Assembly: GCF_004010195.1 (NCBI RefSeq)
Contig: NC_057718.1
Span: 89,469,062-89,533,061 of the forward strand
Length of the DNA stretch: 64,000 nt
Origin: Chiloscyllium plagiosum
Taxonomy: Eukaryota
Direction: 5' to 3'
Positions 12,022-24,310 of the stretch are shown here, one piece after another (positions within the stretch are counted from its first letter, which is position 1; every line of letters begins with the position of its first letter). The translations under genes and the position numbers were made by a program. Under the pieces are notes generated by a model, which saw nothing but the letters and a program-made list of their open reading frames with translations, searched no databases and was not told the origin of the DNA.

Positions 12022-12174
12022 CATCACCGTTGAGCGGAGCTCCTGGTAATCTGTCTGCAGCCTCTTCAGATTGTCACTGACTGCGGGGTCATGAATGAGC
12101 TCGAAGACAGCCTGCCCCTTCTCGATCACCAACTTTATCCCCGGCTCGTGAGACACGATGGTTTGCTGGATGGC
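12022..12174 (-). CDS. SYNE1: SYNE1 exon S (153 nt) AIQQTIVSHEPGIKLVIEKGQ...DYQELRSTVM
   Basis: hand-translated; acceptor tcacag|GCC, donor ATG|gtaagc. Confidence 0.92.
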
Positions 12175-14232
12175 CTGTGACAAATAGGAGGCATCAGGTC
12201 TGCACTGCAGAGGCAGTTACTCTGCAACACTCGTGTACTACAATGAATTATTGTCAATCGCACACTGAGAACAATTTTGATGATTGCGTAACTAAGTGGT
12301 TGAGATGTTTGGGAGAATGGGGTTTGCAGTGAAGCAAGGTACCAGGAAGTAGCTGAGGGATTATTAATATAAGGCACTCCATACACTCAAACCTCTGCTA
12401 CTCGAATCTTGTCCAGTCTCTCTCATTGCATCATGGCTCACCGTGTCTTCAGCTGTCTGTCTCTTTGATTCTCATCTTGAGACCCTGTTCCTCCTGCTTT
12501 GTAAGATGCTTCCTAAAAACGAAAACCTGTCCTAAGATCTCCTCATGTGATTTGATGTCAAATCTTGCCTGAAAATGCTCCTGTGGATGGGGTGTTCCAC
12601 TTACGTTAAAAGGTGCTATATAAATGCAAGTCGCCCTGCCATCTCTGGGCCTTGTGCTCAGATCCCAAGTGAGGTAAAAGGATGGAAACCCAACTGCTAC
12701 AACAGAATGTGCAGAAATTCAAAAGCCCCAACACACCAGCTTAATAGGAGGTCCATGCTACAATCTGCGGCGCTAGTGCAGGGCAGACTTAGCTCATGGG
12801 GAAATGATTCAGATATTTGGTTCGATTCAAACCAGACAGTGGTGAGCCAATCTGCAGACTGGATCTCACCGTTGGCAAAGAGAGTATTAATAGGCTGCTG
12901 TGGGATGCCCTGAAAATGTTCGCTTCTTTCAGAGGCAGTTACTGGATTCTCTCTTACATTGACAGAACTAGATGAGAAGATAATAGAACAGGGACCAAAG
13001 GCTTGATCAGGATTTTAAGGAGCACCTTAAAGAAGGATAGAGCTGGAGCTAAGTAGGGAACTCCAGATTAAATCTGAAGGCACAGCCATCAACGATGGAA
13101 TGTAGGAAATGGGGGGGGGGGGGTTGGCAAGATTCTAAACATCTGCCCAAAACATGGTCAAAGCGTTTGAAGTCCCTGAGTCTGAGCCTGGAATAGCAGG
13201 AGACAAGCAGAAGAATTCAGGATTACATTGGCCACTGAATGGCACCCCGAACTTTCCCATCTCTCCACAGTGCTCGGAGTCAGCTCCGATCACCAAAGTG
13301 GGAATCTCCTCTCGATCTAACGACTGCAACGGAACAGTTTGCTGAAACCGATCTTCTCCCACTGACAAATATTCCCCCCCAAAAAAAAACCCACTGCAGG
13401 CCCGGTGAAATTCAGCCGATTCATTCACTCAGCATGGACGGATGTTCAGGGCAAACGTGTCATATTCTGGGCGTCACAATTTGGAGAGGAGACTGAGGCT
13501 CTGCTGAGCTTGGCTGAGATAGTTCTGGCAATGAGAGATTTTAATGATATGGAGGAGGATAGAGGAGTTGAGATTGTTGCTCTTGGTAGAAAGAAATTTA
13601 ACTGAACATTTAATTACAATTTTGAGGGATTTGGATAGAGTAGATAAGCATAAACTGTTTCCACACTTTGTACTGGTCTAACTGATTGATCGAACAGACG
13701 AGAGAGACAAAGGGGACGATTTCTTTTCCTATGTTCCACTAAGAGGAAGGTTCTTAAACTCCAGCTTTAAGAAAACGAACAAAAGAATTAGTGCAAAAAT
13801 CAGGAGTTTTTTTAATACAGTGAATTGTTAGCATCTAGAAATGTTCTACCTACGAGGTAATTGTTACTTTCAATAGGGAAATGGATGTGTATTTGAAAAA
13901 TAACAATATAGCAGTGGTGGGCAAAAGCAGGGGTGTGAGATTGATTGCATTTCTCTTTTGCACAATGGACCGAACGGCCTGTTTCTATGTGGTTGGGTGC
14001 TGGTCTATGAATCCAGCCCGGCAGCAATCTGACTGTACAACATCACAAACAAAATCAGAAATTACTAAATTGACTATCAGCTACAGTTGAAGCTTATGTT
14101 ATTGGAGGCAAATTATTGGCCTGGTTGGAAGATGGGCTGAGCAAAAGGAAGACAGAGAAAAATATTAATTAGATGGATACGATTTGGGATATTCTTTGTG
14201 GATTTGTGACAAGCCTGTAATATTCACTGTAA

Positions 14233-14437
14233 CAGGTCGCTCTGCTATAACATGCATTTCGTTAACACTAATTTGCTGTAACACTATTGAATTGGGGACA
14301 CTGTTTCTAAAGCGCAAAGTCTTAAAAGCGTGTATTGGTTATAATGCCATTAGTTTAAATGCTGCTGCTATTGCATGCTTTTTTTATAACACGGATTGCA
14401 TGAGAATGGAACGAAAGTGTTATAGCAGAACTGACCG
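14233..14437. mobile_element. Tigger/pogo-type MITE (TIR reminiscent of Tigger13-like elements)
   Basis: imperfect TIR tctgctataaca / tgttatagcaga; TA after right end. Confidence 0.55.
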
Positions 14438-14534
14438 TATTTATTCATGAGTGAGATTATGGGATAGAAAGACTTCACCTAAAATTTGCCAATAGCAACA
14501 ATTACTTCGTTGGTGTCTGTGGGCCCTTGCTGTG

Positions 14535-14878
14535 ACATGGATAGTGTGAATAGCCAAGGTCTTTTTCCTGGGATAGGGGAGTCCAAAACTAGAGGGAATA
14601 GGTTTAGGGTGAGAGGGCAAAGATTTAAAATAGACCTAAGGGGCAACTTTATCACACAGAGGGTGGTACGTGTATGGAATGAGCTGCCAGAGGATGTGGT
14701 GGAGGCTGGTACAATTACAACATTTAAGAGGCATTTGGATGGGTATATGAATAGGAAGGATTTGGAGGAATATGGGCCGGGTGCTGGCAAATGGGATTAG
14801 ATTAATTTCAGATATCTAGTTGGCATGGATGAGTTCGATAGAAGGGTCTGTTTCCGAGCTGTACACCCCAATGACTCT
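14535..14878 (+). mobile_element. CR1 LINE 3' end
   Basis: ORF 14486..14800 KTRGNRFRV...QRVVRVWNELP. Confidence 0.9.
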
Positions 14879-14949
14879 CTGACATAACTTGACTGTCACT
14901 GTTCCAACAGCGGCTACATTCCTTAAAGATGGTCTGGCGGTCATGAAAG

Positions 14950-15725
14950 GTCGTGAACCTAACCTTCTTTATCCTGTGGTACGTTTGACTGTTTGTATTG
15001 TTACAAAGACCCTCAGAATGAGGGACCCCTTCACAGAATACCTCTATTCAGTCCACAAGCGTGAGCCTGAGCTCCCTGTCATTTTAATTCTCCATCTTGC
15101 TTCCGCTCTGACCTCTCTGACCTCTCTGTCCTTGGCCTGCTATTCTGTTCCAGTGAAGCTCTGTGCAAACCCGAGGAACAGCACCTCACCTTTCCATTTG
15201 GCTAAAGCCTTCTGGATTCAATGTGGAGTTCAACAGTTTTAGATCTAGCCCCTGCCTCCACTTTGTGTCAGCGTGTATTTATTTTTGCTGGTTTATTTAT
15301 TTCTTCATTCCTTCTGTATTGGGATGACTGCTTTCCACCAATCACGCCTCACACCTTTCGTTTCGGTACGACACCCCCTTTGGCTTTGCACCCCGAAACC
15401 ATCTGTTGGTTAATTCACCTCCTGGCCACCAACCCTATCATAAAACTTCCCCTTCTGTTCCTCCTTCACCCTTTTCAGGAGATCACAAGAAGAAATAGGC
15501 CATTCAGCCCATCAAATCTGCTCCACCATTCATGAGATTGTGGCTGATCTGAAATTCCTCAACTCCACTTCCTCTCCACTTTCCTCCAATGGCTTTGAAC
15601 CAATCACTTTTCTGTCTCTCTTCAGTTCTGACAGGAACTCATCGACCTGGAAGGTGAACTTCCTCCACCTGCCAGACCTGCTGAGTATTTCCAGCACGTT
15701 CAGTTTCTGTTTCAGATTTCCTGCG
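14950..15725 (+). mobile_element. Degenerate Penelope-like fragments
   Basis: gaggaacagcacctcacc...gagttcaacagttttaga (EEQHL..F-like GIY-YIG tail); pLTR-like cagacctgctgagtatttccagc. Confidence 0.5.
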
Positions 15726-15764
15726 GGGTTCCACTTAGGGGACTACTCTTTTGGTTTCCGTTAC

Positions 15765-16091
15765 CTTGTACTTTGCCAGTTGGGCCTTCTTCTCAAACAG
15801 TTCCACTTTGGGCTCCACTGGGATCTGCAAGATGGCCTGGTACTCTGCCAACCACTTGGTCTGGCTCTGGTACTTGTCCAGGAACTCCTTCGTGAGGTAC
15901 AGGCATTTCTCCAGGTTGCCACGCTCCCTCCTAATGGAACTGGTCAACTCATTCAGTTGGCCAATATGGCCGTCCATGGATTTCCGCAGACCTTGAGCCT
16001 CCGGCCCCTCCAGATACTCTATAGCCCTCTCACTCTTCTCAAGGATCATCTTCAGTAGGCTGTTCCCCATGTCGATGTCATTGTGCAGCGT
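15765..16091 (-). CDS. SYNE1: SYNE1 exon R (327 nt) TLHNDIDMGNSLLK...EKKAQLAKYK
   Basis: acceptor ttccag|ACG, donor AAG|gtaacg. Confidence 0.94.
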
Positions 16092-17209
16092 CTGGAAATT
16101 AAAACAGTGTCTCTCAAAGCGAAAAGGGTATGGCAACAGACCAAAACTGACCACAATGGTGGTCAACTAAACGCCAACATCATGGACAGCTCCACAATTC
16201 CCTTAGGAGTTGTCAAACACTCATATTTTTTACTCAATAGAGTGTTTTGAGTAATTTGCTACCTCAATAGAGAGGTTTGGATCAAAGGAATTGATTTGTG
16301 ATAATCAAAGGGTCTCACATTTTCACATAGACAACGATGAAACAGAGAGGACAGAGTGGAGTGAAAATTATTCTCAAGGTGGACATCCCTGCATGAGCTC
16401 AGGGTGGTACTGAGCCACAGGAATTTGTGTCAGACATCAAGGTTTTCTGAGCTCTGTTAAAGTGACACGTGTTCTCCTCTTTCTTTTCGCCTGTTCTCCT
16501 GTCCTTTCTCCCCTCCCCCCACCTCCCATCCCAGTGTCTGTTCTATCCAGTCTGGCAGGAGACACACCATTGTTCTGACATGCCAATCCCTTAATCTGAA
16601 CTATCAACATCGTTTCATCACCAACACCCTGCGCCCACTACCCACCCTCCACCTCCCAAACTATAGCATAAGTGCTGCTCCCTCCACGCTTCGCGTCATC
16701 TAGCCTGGAAACGTTAGCTTGCTCTCTCTCCATGGATGCTGCCGGACCCGCAGCATTTGTTGTTTCCAGTGTTCTCCTCGTAATCACTAAATTCAACCCA
16801 CTGACCCAATCTCTCCTCTGCTCTCTCCCCACTGCCTCATCCTCTCCATATCGCCATGGGTTTCAATCCCAAAACTTATCCCACTGCCCCATTCTTCCTC
16901 ACTGTCCCAGTCTCTTCCCACTTCTCTCCCTACTGCTCATAGTCCTGTATCAAGCCCAAAATATATTGCGCTACCCAGCCCTCCCTGTGGCCCAATATCA
17001 ACCACTGCCCATTTCTCCCTCCACATTGTCTTGTATCCCCCCCCCCCCCCATGCCCCAAATGCCTCCTACGACCTATTCTCTCCTCTCAGGTACCAGGCA
17101 CTAAACTTATCGCACTGTCCTGCTCATTTCTCTGAAACCTCTTCCCCATGGCTCACTAGCAATCCTGAAATGAATCCCACCCTCTCACTTTCTCCCACAG
17201 CCCTGTCGA

Positions 17210-17630
17210 AGCAGCCCGTGTGATTGGCACCACATCCACAAGCATCCATTCCCTCCACCACCGACCCTCAGTAGCAGCAGTGTGTACTATCTACAGGATG
17301 CACCGCAGAAATTCACCAAAGATCCTCAGACAGCATGTTCCAAACCCATCTGGAAGGACAAGGGCAGCAGATACATGGGAACACCACCACCTTCAAGTTC
17401 CCCTCCGAACCACTCACCATCCTGACTTGGAAATATATCGCTGTTCCCTTCACTGTCACCTGGTCTAGATCCTGCAATTCCCTCCCGAAGGGTATTGTGG
17501 GTCAACCCACAGCAGGTGGACTGCAGCGGTTTAAGAAGACAGCTCACCCCCACCTTCTCAGGGGGCAACTGGGGACAGGCAATAAATGCTGGGCCCAGCC
17601 AGCAACGCCCACATCCCACAACTGAATAAA
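17210..17630 (+). mobile_element. CR1/L2-clade LINE 3' end (family unresolved)
   Basis: IHSLHHRPSVAAVCTIYRMH...WNSLP-like; ggcaataaatgctggg tail. Confidence 0.7.
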
Positions 17631-17762
17631 TTTTAAAAATTCCCAATGTGTCCACACAAAATGTACAACCCTTGAAGTTTGAATGTGTAACATCCATCCT
17701 GTTCCATCAGCCCATCTATGAAGGATTCCAAGGCGCACGCACACAGTTCCTCTGCTCTTTAC

Positions 17763-17933
17763 CTCAAATTTTTTAATTTTGTTTTCCATGGCGGTTTTGT
17801 CCACTACATTCAAAGCCACCGCCATGTTTTTAAAGTTCTTCTGGGTGGCACGGAGCCAGTCTGTGTAGGTGCCCAGCGCCAAATCAGCTTCTTCTAAAGC
17901 CCTCAGTTCCTCTTTCAGCAACTTGGTCTGGTC
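17763..17933 (-). CDS. SYNE1: SYNE1 exon Q (171 nt) DQTKLLKEELRALEE...ENKIKKFE
   Basis: acceptor ttacag|GAC, donor GAG|gtaaag. Confidence 0.93.
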
Positions 17934-18592
17934 CTGTAAGACAAGACAGATTGCCCATTGTGGTACAAGGCACACAACTCAGAACGTTCAGGAGCTCGGT
18001 GCAACAGAACATTGACACTGCAATGACAACCCGCTTGTGCTAACATGGCACTTATAACATGGCACTCCCTTCACCAAAGGCCAGGGTTCAAATCCACCCT
18101 ACCACCATATCCAGACTGCCACTTTCAGAAGGCATACTGTACTGGCACAGGTGCCATCTATTGACATGGGATACCAAACTGGTAGTCCATCTACCCTCTC
18201 AACAAGAAAGATCCGGTGGCTCTATTCTGTAGACGAGCAGAGGGGACCGCCTCAGTACTTGAAGCAATAATTAACCCACAACTACCAGCGAAAAGCAAAT
18301 GATCACATTGCTGATTGTGTGGCCCAGCTGTCTGCAGATTAGCAGTCACATTTCCCGACTTTTAATTCCCTCCAGATTTGGTTTCCATCGATTTGGAATT
18401 ACAGAATACTGGTCTGGTGTTGGTCCCTCCCAGGTTATGCACTTCCCACTCTGAGATTTGAAGTCCCCATGTCTTGGTGACTTTCACTTCTTGGTAAGCA
18501 TAGACCAGTGGGATTAATTTGGGGATTGCCAGTGAGCTGTGGGGGAAGACATTTCAGAGAATTGAGCAGGACAGTGTGATGCGTTTTGTGTT

Positions 18593-18768
18593 AAGATTAG
18601 AGTGGTGCTGGAAAAGCACAGCAGGTCAGGCAGCATCCGAGGAGCAGGATTCCTGATGAAGGGCTTTTGCCCGAAGTGTCGATTTTCCTGCCTGACCTGA
18701 TGTGCTTTTCCAGCACCACTCTAATCTTGACTCTAATCTCCAGCATCTGCAGACGTCACTTTAATCTC
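18593..18768 (+). mobile_element. Penelope-derived inverted-pLTR insertion with degenerate hammerhead
   Basis: arms aagattagagtggtgctggaaaagcac / gtgcttttccagcaccactctaatctt; core ctgatga agggc tttt gccc gaag tgtc. Confidence 0.75.
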
Positions 18769-18914
18769 AATGAGTTTTATACCTAGTACCTGACAGCGAG
18801 ACAAGAAAACTAGTAGTGGACGGTTTCACACACATGTCCATGGATGACCCAAAATGGGGACTGGATCATAGCATGTTCTAAGTTAGGACAGTTTATTCAG
18901 CCCATATGTAGTTA

Positions 18915-19170
18915 TCCCATCTCTTCCTCAATCTCCATTCCCTTTGATATCCAATTTAGTCTAATCCCACTCCATCCCCTTTAATATCCTCCTCAGTCTA
19001 AATTCACTCTCTTCCTCACTCCCCATTCCCTTTAATATCCTCCTTAGCCCAATCCCAGTCTCCATCTCACTCCCCATACCCTTTAATATCATCCTCAACC
19101 CAATCCCAGTCTCCATCTCACTCCCATTCCCTTCAATATCCAATTAAGTCTAATCTCTCCTTCTCCTCCA
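18915..19170. repeat. Degenerate ~51-bp minisatellite
   Basis: unit like ctccccattccctttaatatcctccttagcccaatcccagtctccatctca; 17-aa periodic ORF 18961..19143. Confidence 0.8.
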
Positions 19171-19631
19171 ATGAGTGTTTGTCTTTTTCAAGCCCCTCAT
19201 ATCCTATTAAAGCAATGTATGTGGTCTACTGCAATTAAACTGTGGCAGAGAAGTCTAAATTCTAATCGGCCTTGGTGGAAAGGAGCATTTCTCTTTGCTT
19301 CCCTTTATTTATTTTGTCTCTGCCCTTAGAGTCCACCCTCTTAATGCCCGCTGTAGACCAGCTGATACTTTGTCGTAACGTTTTCAGTGTGGGAGACCCT
19401 GTCTCAAGCCACCCCTTAGCCATCACATGCTGGCAAAAAAAATGACCATATATATCTTTGTTCCTGTAAAATTTCAGGGAATGGACCCAACAGCCCTGCG
19501 TTGACAGAGGTACAGTGCTCAGTGAAAGTAAGGAACCTTTCAAAGGGTAATTGATGTCTGAATACACAATACGTTCCACTAGAAGTTTCAGTGCCCAGTT
19601 TGGCACAGACTTGATTCCTTGAACTACGTAC

Positions 19632-19787
19632 CACCACATGCAGCAGAATGCCCTGATATCGGGCAGCAAGATGGGTAGCTTGACTTCCCACACTGCTGTT
19701 GATGTGACTCTCCTCTAGCACTTGATGAGCAAGCAGCCCAACCCTTTCCACTTCATCCTTCCGAGCAAGAATTTCCTCGTTCCATTT
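19632..19787 (-). CDS. SYNE1: SYNE1 exon P (156 nt) KWNEEILARKDEVE...YQGILLHVV
   Basis: acceptor tttcag|AAA, donor GTG|gtacgt. Confidence 0.92.
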
Positions 19788-20019
19788 CTGAAACAGCAGA
19801 AGAGGAAATAAATACAAATAAATAAAGCCAACTAATAAAAGTGACCGATCATCAGAAGGGGGGCAGGGGGCAAAATATCAGTCATACCGTCCAAACCATT
19901 TTGCAAAGTACTGAGCTATCTCCAAGCTGTGCACAGATTATTAGTTACACAAGCTTCTTATTAACTGTCAAAAGCCTGAGTGACTGAAGCTCCACTGTAG
20001 GTTATACAAAAACATGTGA

Positions 20020-20276
20020 CAGGGTGGCTCACTGCTGCCTCACAGCACCAGGGTCCCAGGTTGGATACCAGCCTCAGACGACTGTCTGTGTGTGGGTTTC
20101 CTCCAGGTGCTCCGGTTTCCACAGGTTAGGTGGACTGGCAATGCTAAATGGCCCATAGTGTCCAGGGTTGTGCAGGCTAAGTGAACAAGCCATGGGAAAA
20201 GCGGGGTTACAGGGATAGAGTAGGTGGTGTGGATTCAATGGACCATATGGCCTGCTTCCAACACTGTTGGGAATCT
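20020..20276 (+). mobile_element. HE1-type V-SINE (internally deleted)
   Basis: cactgctgcctcacagcaccaggg head and HE1 tail. Confidence 0.8.
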
Positions 20277-20669
20277 ACCCTTCAGATGGAATCTGTAGTT
20301 ATTTTAACTAACTTCTATTAAGTTAAAATAAGGTGCAATTTGCAACTGTGATAGCCTTAAGCAACAGAGTCAGACAGCTTAGAGAAGGATTGTTATCAGC
20401 AGGAGATGTGTGTAGTGGTGTACCATACATGTGCATTATAACAACAAGTAACATCATTTGAACCAAATTGTTATGAACAATTATACAAACAAAAATGGAA
20501 TCCTGTCCTTTATCTTAAGCAGATTGGAAACCTCAGGGCCACAGGAAATACATAAAGATCTGATTGGTTCCCATTTGGGAAAATGCAGATTCATCATAAT
20601 GCTGCTGGGATGAAAGGGTTAAATTATGAGGACAGGTTGCAGTTATTTCCAGTTCCTGGATCTTTGGTT

Positions 20670-20885
20670 TTTATTCATCCACGGGATGAGGGCATCACTG
20701 GCTGAGTCAGCATTTATGGCCCATCCCTAAATGCCCAGAGGGGGCAGTTAAGTGTCAACCCCATTGCTGTGGGTCTGGAGTCACATGGAGGCCTGACCAG
20801 GTAAGGATGGTAGTTTCCTTCCCTAAAGGACGCTGGTAAACTGGTGGGTTGTTCCTGACAATTGACAGAGTGGATTCATGGTCAT
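20670..20885 (-). mobile_element. Second shark SINE family (copies also near 6470-6770, 30515-30815, 49290-49590, 52955-53420, 53810-54105)
   Basis: shared ggtctggagtcacatgtaggccagaccaggtaaggatggcagtttccttccctaaagg. Confidence 0.7.
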
Positions 20886-21478
20886 AAGGACAGGTTGCAT
20901 TCACCAAAATTACACGTATAGAATACTAAGGGATGATGTTATCAAAGTGTTTCGGATAATTAAAGCATTTCGTAGGGTAAACAAGCTGGCAGGTTTTCCT
21001 CCCCGAATGGACGTTAAGGAGAAGCTGATGGGTTTTTATGACAATCGACAAAGGCTTCTTGATTGTCCTTAGGTCAACTCTCTGTTCCAGATTTTATTGA
21101 GTTCAAACTTCATCACCTGTCATGTTTGAGATTTGAACATATATCCCCAGGACATTGGCCTGAGATTCTGGGTTGCTAGTCCAGGGACATTACTACCACA
21201 CAACAAACTCCTATAGCAGGATTACAATACAGATCAGCCAAGATGAATTGTACAATGAAATAGATTAGAGGGAATGAATGACCTACTCTTGTTCCTAAGA
21301 CCAGGCTTCAACACTACTTCAAATTCAGCTAATATTCTTGTGAGCAGTGAATGTTCACAGTAGATGGATAAGTCAGTTAAGCAGCTTCAGTCACTATGTA
21401 ACCCTGACAGGAATGGGCTGAAGGAGTTCGCAGTGTGACAGGGCAATGTGTGGAGATCTCTGTTTGCACTGAACACAC

Positions 21479-21796
21479 CTGTAACTGCTGTAGCTGAGTC
21501 TGCTTTGTGTCTCGGTCAGACTTCCTCCCCGTCCGGATATTGACTTTGCCCTCGAGATCAGAGAGCCACACATTCACCTGCTGGAACATCTTCTCCAACT
21601 TCCTGAGCATGCTCAGGGTGGCATTGACCTTCTCCTTTGTCTCAGCCAGCCTCCGCTGGTACAGGTGCCAGTCCCGTTGCGCGGACTCGAGAATGCGATC
21701 CTCCATATATGTAGACCCTGATAAGGTCATCTTCTCCTGGCTCTGAAGAACTGCACTCATTAAAGTCTGGCCTTCAGTGCAATGCTTCTCCAAGTC
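21479..21796 (-). CDS. SYNE1: SYNE1 exon O (318 nt) DLEKHCTEGQTL...TKQTQLQQLQ
   Basis: acceptor cctcag|GAC, donor CAG|gtgtgt. Confidence 0.93.
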
Positions 21797-21925
21797 CTGA
21801 GGAACAAAATGGTGGTACTCTGCTGGATTAATATAATTAAAGGCAGCTCCTTGGGATATATACCTGAAGTGAAATGCATGACTTATGTCAGGTACAATGT
21901 AATATCAGGCTTTAGTCAAAGGTAA

Positions 21926-22083
21926 AAATGTGTTGCTGGAACAGCGCAGCAGGTCAGCCCTGAAGAAGGGCTTACGCCCGAAACGTCGATTCTCCTGTTC
22001 CCTGGATGCTGCCTGACCTGCTGCGCTGTTCCAGCAACACATTTTCGGCTCTGATCTCCAGCATCTGCAGACCTCACTTTCTC
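21926..22083 (+). mobile_element. Penelope-derived hairpin insertion with intact minimal hammerhead core
   Basis: 16-bp TSD ctttagtcaaaggtaa (21910-21925, 22084-22099); 33-bp perfect inverted arms. Confidence 0.85.
21960..21990 (+). ncRNA. Minimal hammerhead ribozyme core motif
   Basis: CUGAAGA-A-GGGC(UUAC)GCCC-GAAA-CG-UC; stem I partner not intact. Confidence 0.65.
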
Positions 22084-22104
22084 CTTTAGTCAAAGGTAAT
22101 ACAC

Positions 22105-23566
22105 AGAACATAGAACAGCACAGCACAATACAGGCCCTTCGACCCTCGATGTTGTACCAACCTTTTATCCTACTCCAAGATCAAACTAACCGACATACCC
22201 TTCATTTTACTCTCACCCATGTGCCTCTCCAACAGTTGCTTAAATGCTCTTAATGTATCTGACTCTACTACCACTGCTGGCAATGCATTCCACACACCCA
22301 CCACTCTCTGAGTAAAGAACCAATCTCTGGCATCTGCCCTGAGCCTTCTTCCAATCACCTTAAAATTATGCCCTACAATCAGGTGACCAGAATTGAACAC
22401 AATATTTCAAGTGTGTTCTAACCAGGACTCTATAGAGCTGCTCTTAAACTCAATCTCCCTGCTCATGAAAGCCAACACACCATACACCTTCTTAACAACC
22501 CTATCAACTTGGGTGGCAACTTTGAGAGATCTATTGACATGAACCCCAAGATCCCACTGTTCCTCCACACTGCCTTTAACCCTGTAACCTCCATTCAAAT
22601 TTGACCTTCCAAAGTGAACAACTTCACACTTTTCCAGGTTGAACTTAATCTGCCACCTCTCAGCCCAGCTCTGCAATCTGTCAATGTCCCATTGCAACCT
22701 TAAACAGCCCTCCACACTATCCAAAACTCTACCAACATTCATGTCATTACTAACCCACCCTTCCACTTCCTCATCCAAGTCATTTATAAAAATCACAAAG
22801 AGCAGAGGCCCCAGAACCAATCCCTGTGGAACACCACTGGTCACCAAGCTCCAGGCTTAATACTCTGTTTTCTATGGGCCAGCCAATTCTATATCCAGAC
22901 AGCCAAATTTACCTCTATCCCTACTTTCTGAATGAGCCTACCATGGGGAAACTTATCAAACTCCTTGCTAAAATCCATATACACCACATCCACTGTTTTA
23001 CCTTCATCAATGTGTTTTGTCACGTCAAAGAATTCAATAAGGCTTGTGAGACCTGACCTGCCCCTCACAAAGCCATGCTGACGATCTTGAATCACACTAT
23101 GCTTTCCCAAATAATCATAAATCCTGTCTCTCCAATAATCTGCCCACCACCGATGTAAGACTGTAATTCCCAGGGTTATCCTTGTTCCCGTTCTTGAACA
23201 AGGGAATAACATTTGCCACCCTTTAATCATCTAGTACTACTCCAGTGAGGATGCAAAGATCACCACCAAAGGTGCAGCAATCTCTTCCCTCACCTCCTGT
23301 AATAACCTTGGGTATATCCTGTCTGGACTTATCTATCCTCATGTTTTTTCAATATGTCCAGCACATCCTCCTTCCTAACATCAAACTGTTTGTGCATATC
23401 AGCCTGTTTCACACTGTCCTCACAAGTGACAAGGTCCCTCTCACTAATGAATACTGAAGCAAAGTATTCATTAAGGATCTTCCCTACTTCGTCTGACTCC
23501 AGGCACAAGTTCCCTCCACTATCCCTGATCGGTCCTACCCTCACTCTGGCCATTCTTTTGTCCCTG
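22105..23566 (-). mobile_element. Decayed CR1 LINE ORF2 (reverse transcriptase) fragment
   Basis: QHGFVRGRSGLTSLIEFF, VDVVYMDFSKEFDKFPH, VTSGVPQGLVLGPLLFVIFINDLD; frameshifts and deletions; (agaacat)n tail. Confidence 0.93.
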
Positions 23567-24310
23567 ATTCCAAAGGTCGTAGGGTCAAGCCCTCCTCCAA
23601 TATCCTAGCCATCTCAGCGAGACTTCAATCGTGAGGGCACTGAAATATCAGAGTGCCATCTTTCAGAAGTTGTTACCCTGAGGCTCACTCTACCCTGACA
23701 GGTGCTGGTAAAAGGACCCATCACATTATTCTGAAGGAGAGCAGGCGAATTGTCCTGGTTAATAATCGGTCCCTTTACCAACATCACTAAAACGTTTATT
23801 TGTGATTCATTCTCGAGATGTGGGTGCCCCTGGCTACACCAGTGTTTTGGTGCCCATCCAGAATTGTCCTGGAGAAGGTGGCAGTGAGCTACATGGCTTC
23901 CAACATTGTTTCCCTCTGTGCAGACCTCCACAGTCTGTGCAGTGATTTCCAAAACCAGAACAACTAGGGACGGAGGCAGGAAGCCAACGGGCTGGCATGG
24001 ACCCTCAGAGCAGCTTGTACAACCGTGCAGCTTCCAGGGAAGCGTAGGCAGTGCCTTGAACTGCATGATGGGAGAGTGAGTGGCTCTGAGGGCAGGTTGC
24101 GAGAGGTGGCCATGTACCTGCTGGTCCTTCTAGCTGGAAGAGGTTGTGGTTTTGCAAAGCGCTGAAGCACCGTTCGCATCATGTGCAGTTCAGCTCTTGC
24201 GTGCTGCCCACCTTACAGCAGTGTCTCCCCTTCAAAGGATGTACATCAGCAACAGTGAAGAACTCTGGGAGCTGCTGAGGTGGTGAAAAATGCGGTCTGT
24301 TCCTTCTTAC

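Noticed and set aside
15540..16058. Plus-strand ORFs opposite exons (also 59673..60162, 24280..24647, 39930..40319)
   Set aside because: Antisense shadows of SYNE1 coding exons.
18961..19143. ORF with 17-aa periodicity
   Set aside because: Product of a 51-bp minisatellite; no splice or homology support.
22105..23566. Reverse transcriptase ORFs as an active element
   Set aside because: Several frameshifts and deletions, including loss of the FADD motif; 5'-truncated dead CR1.
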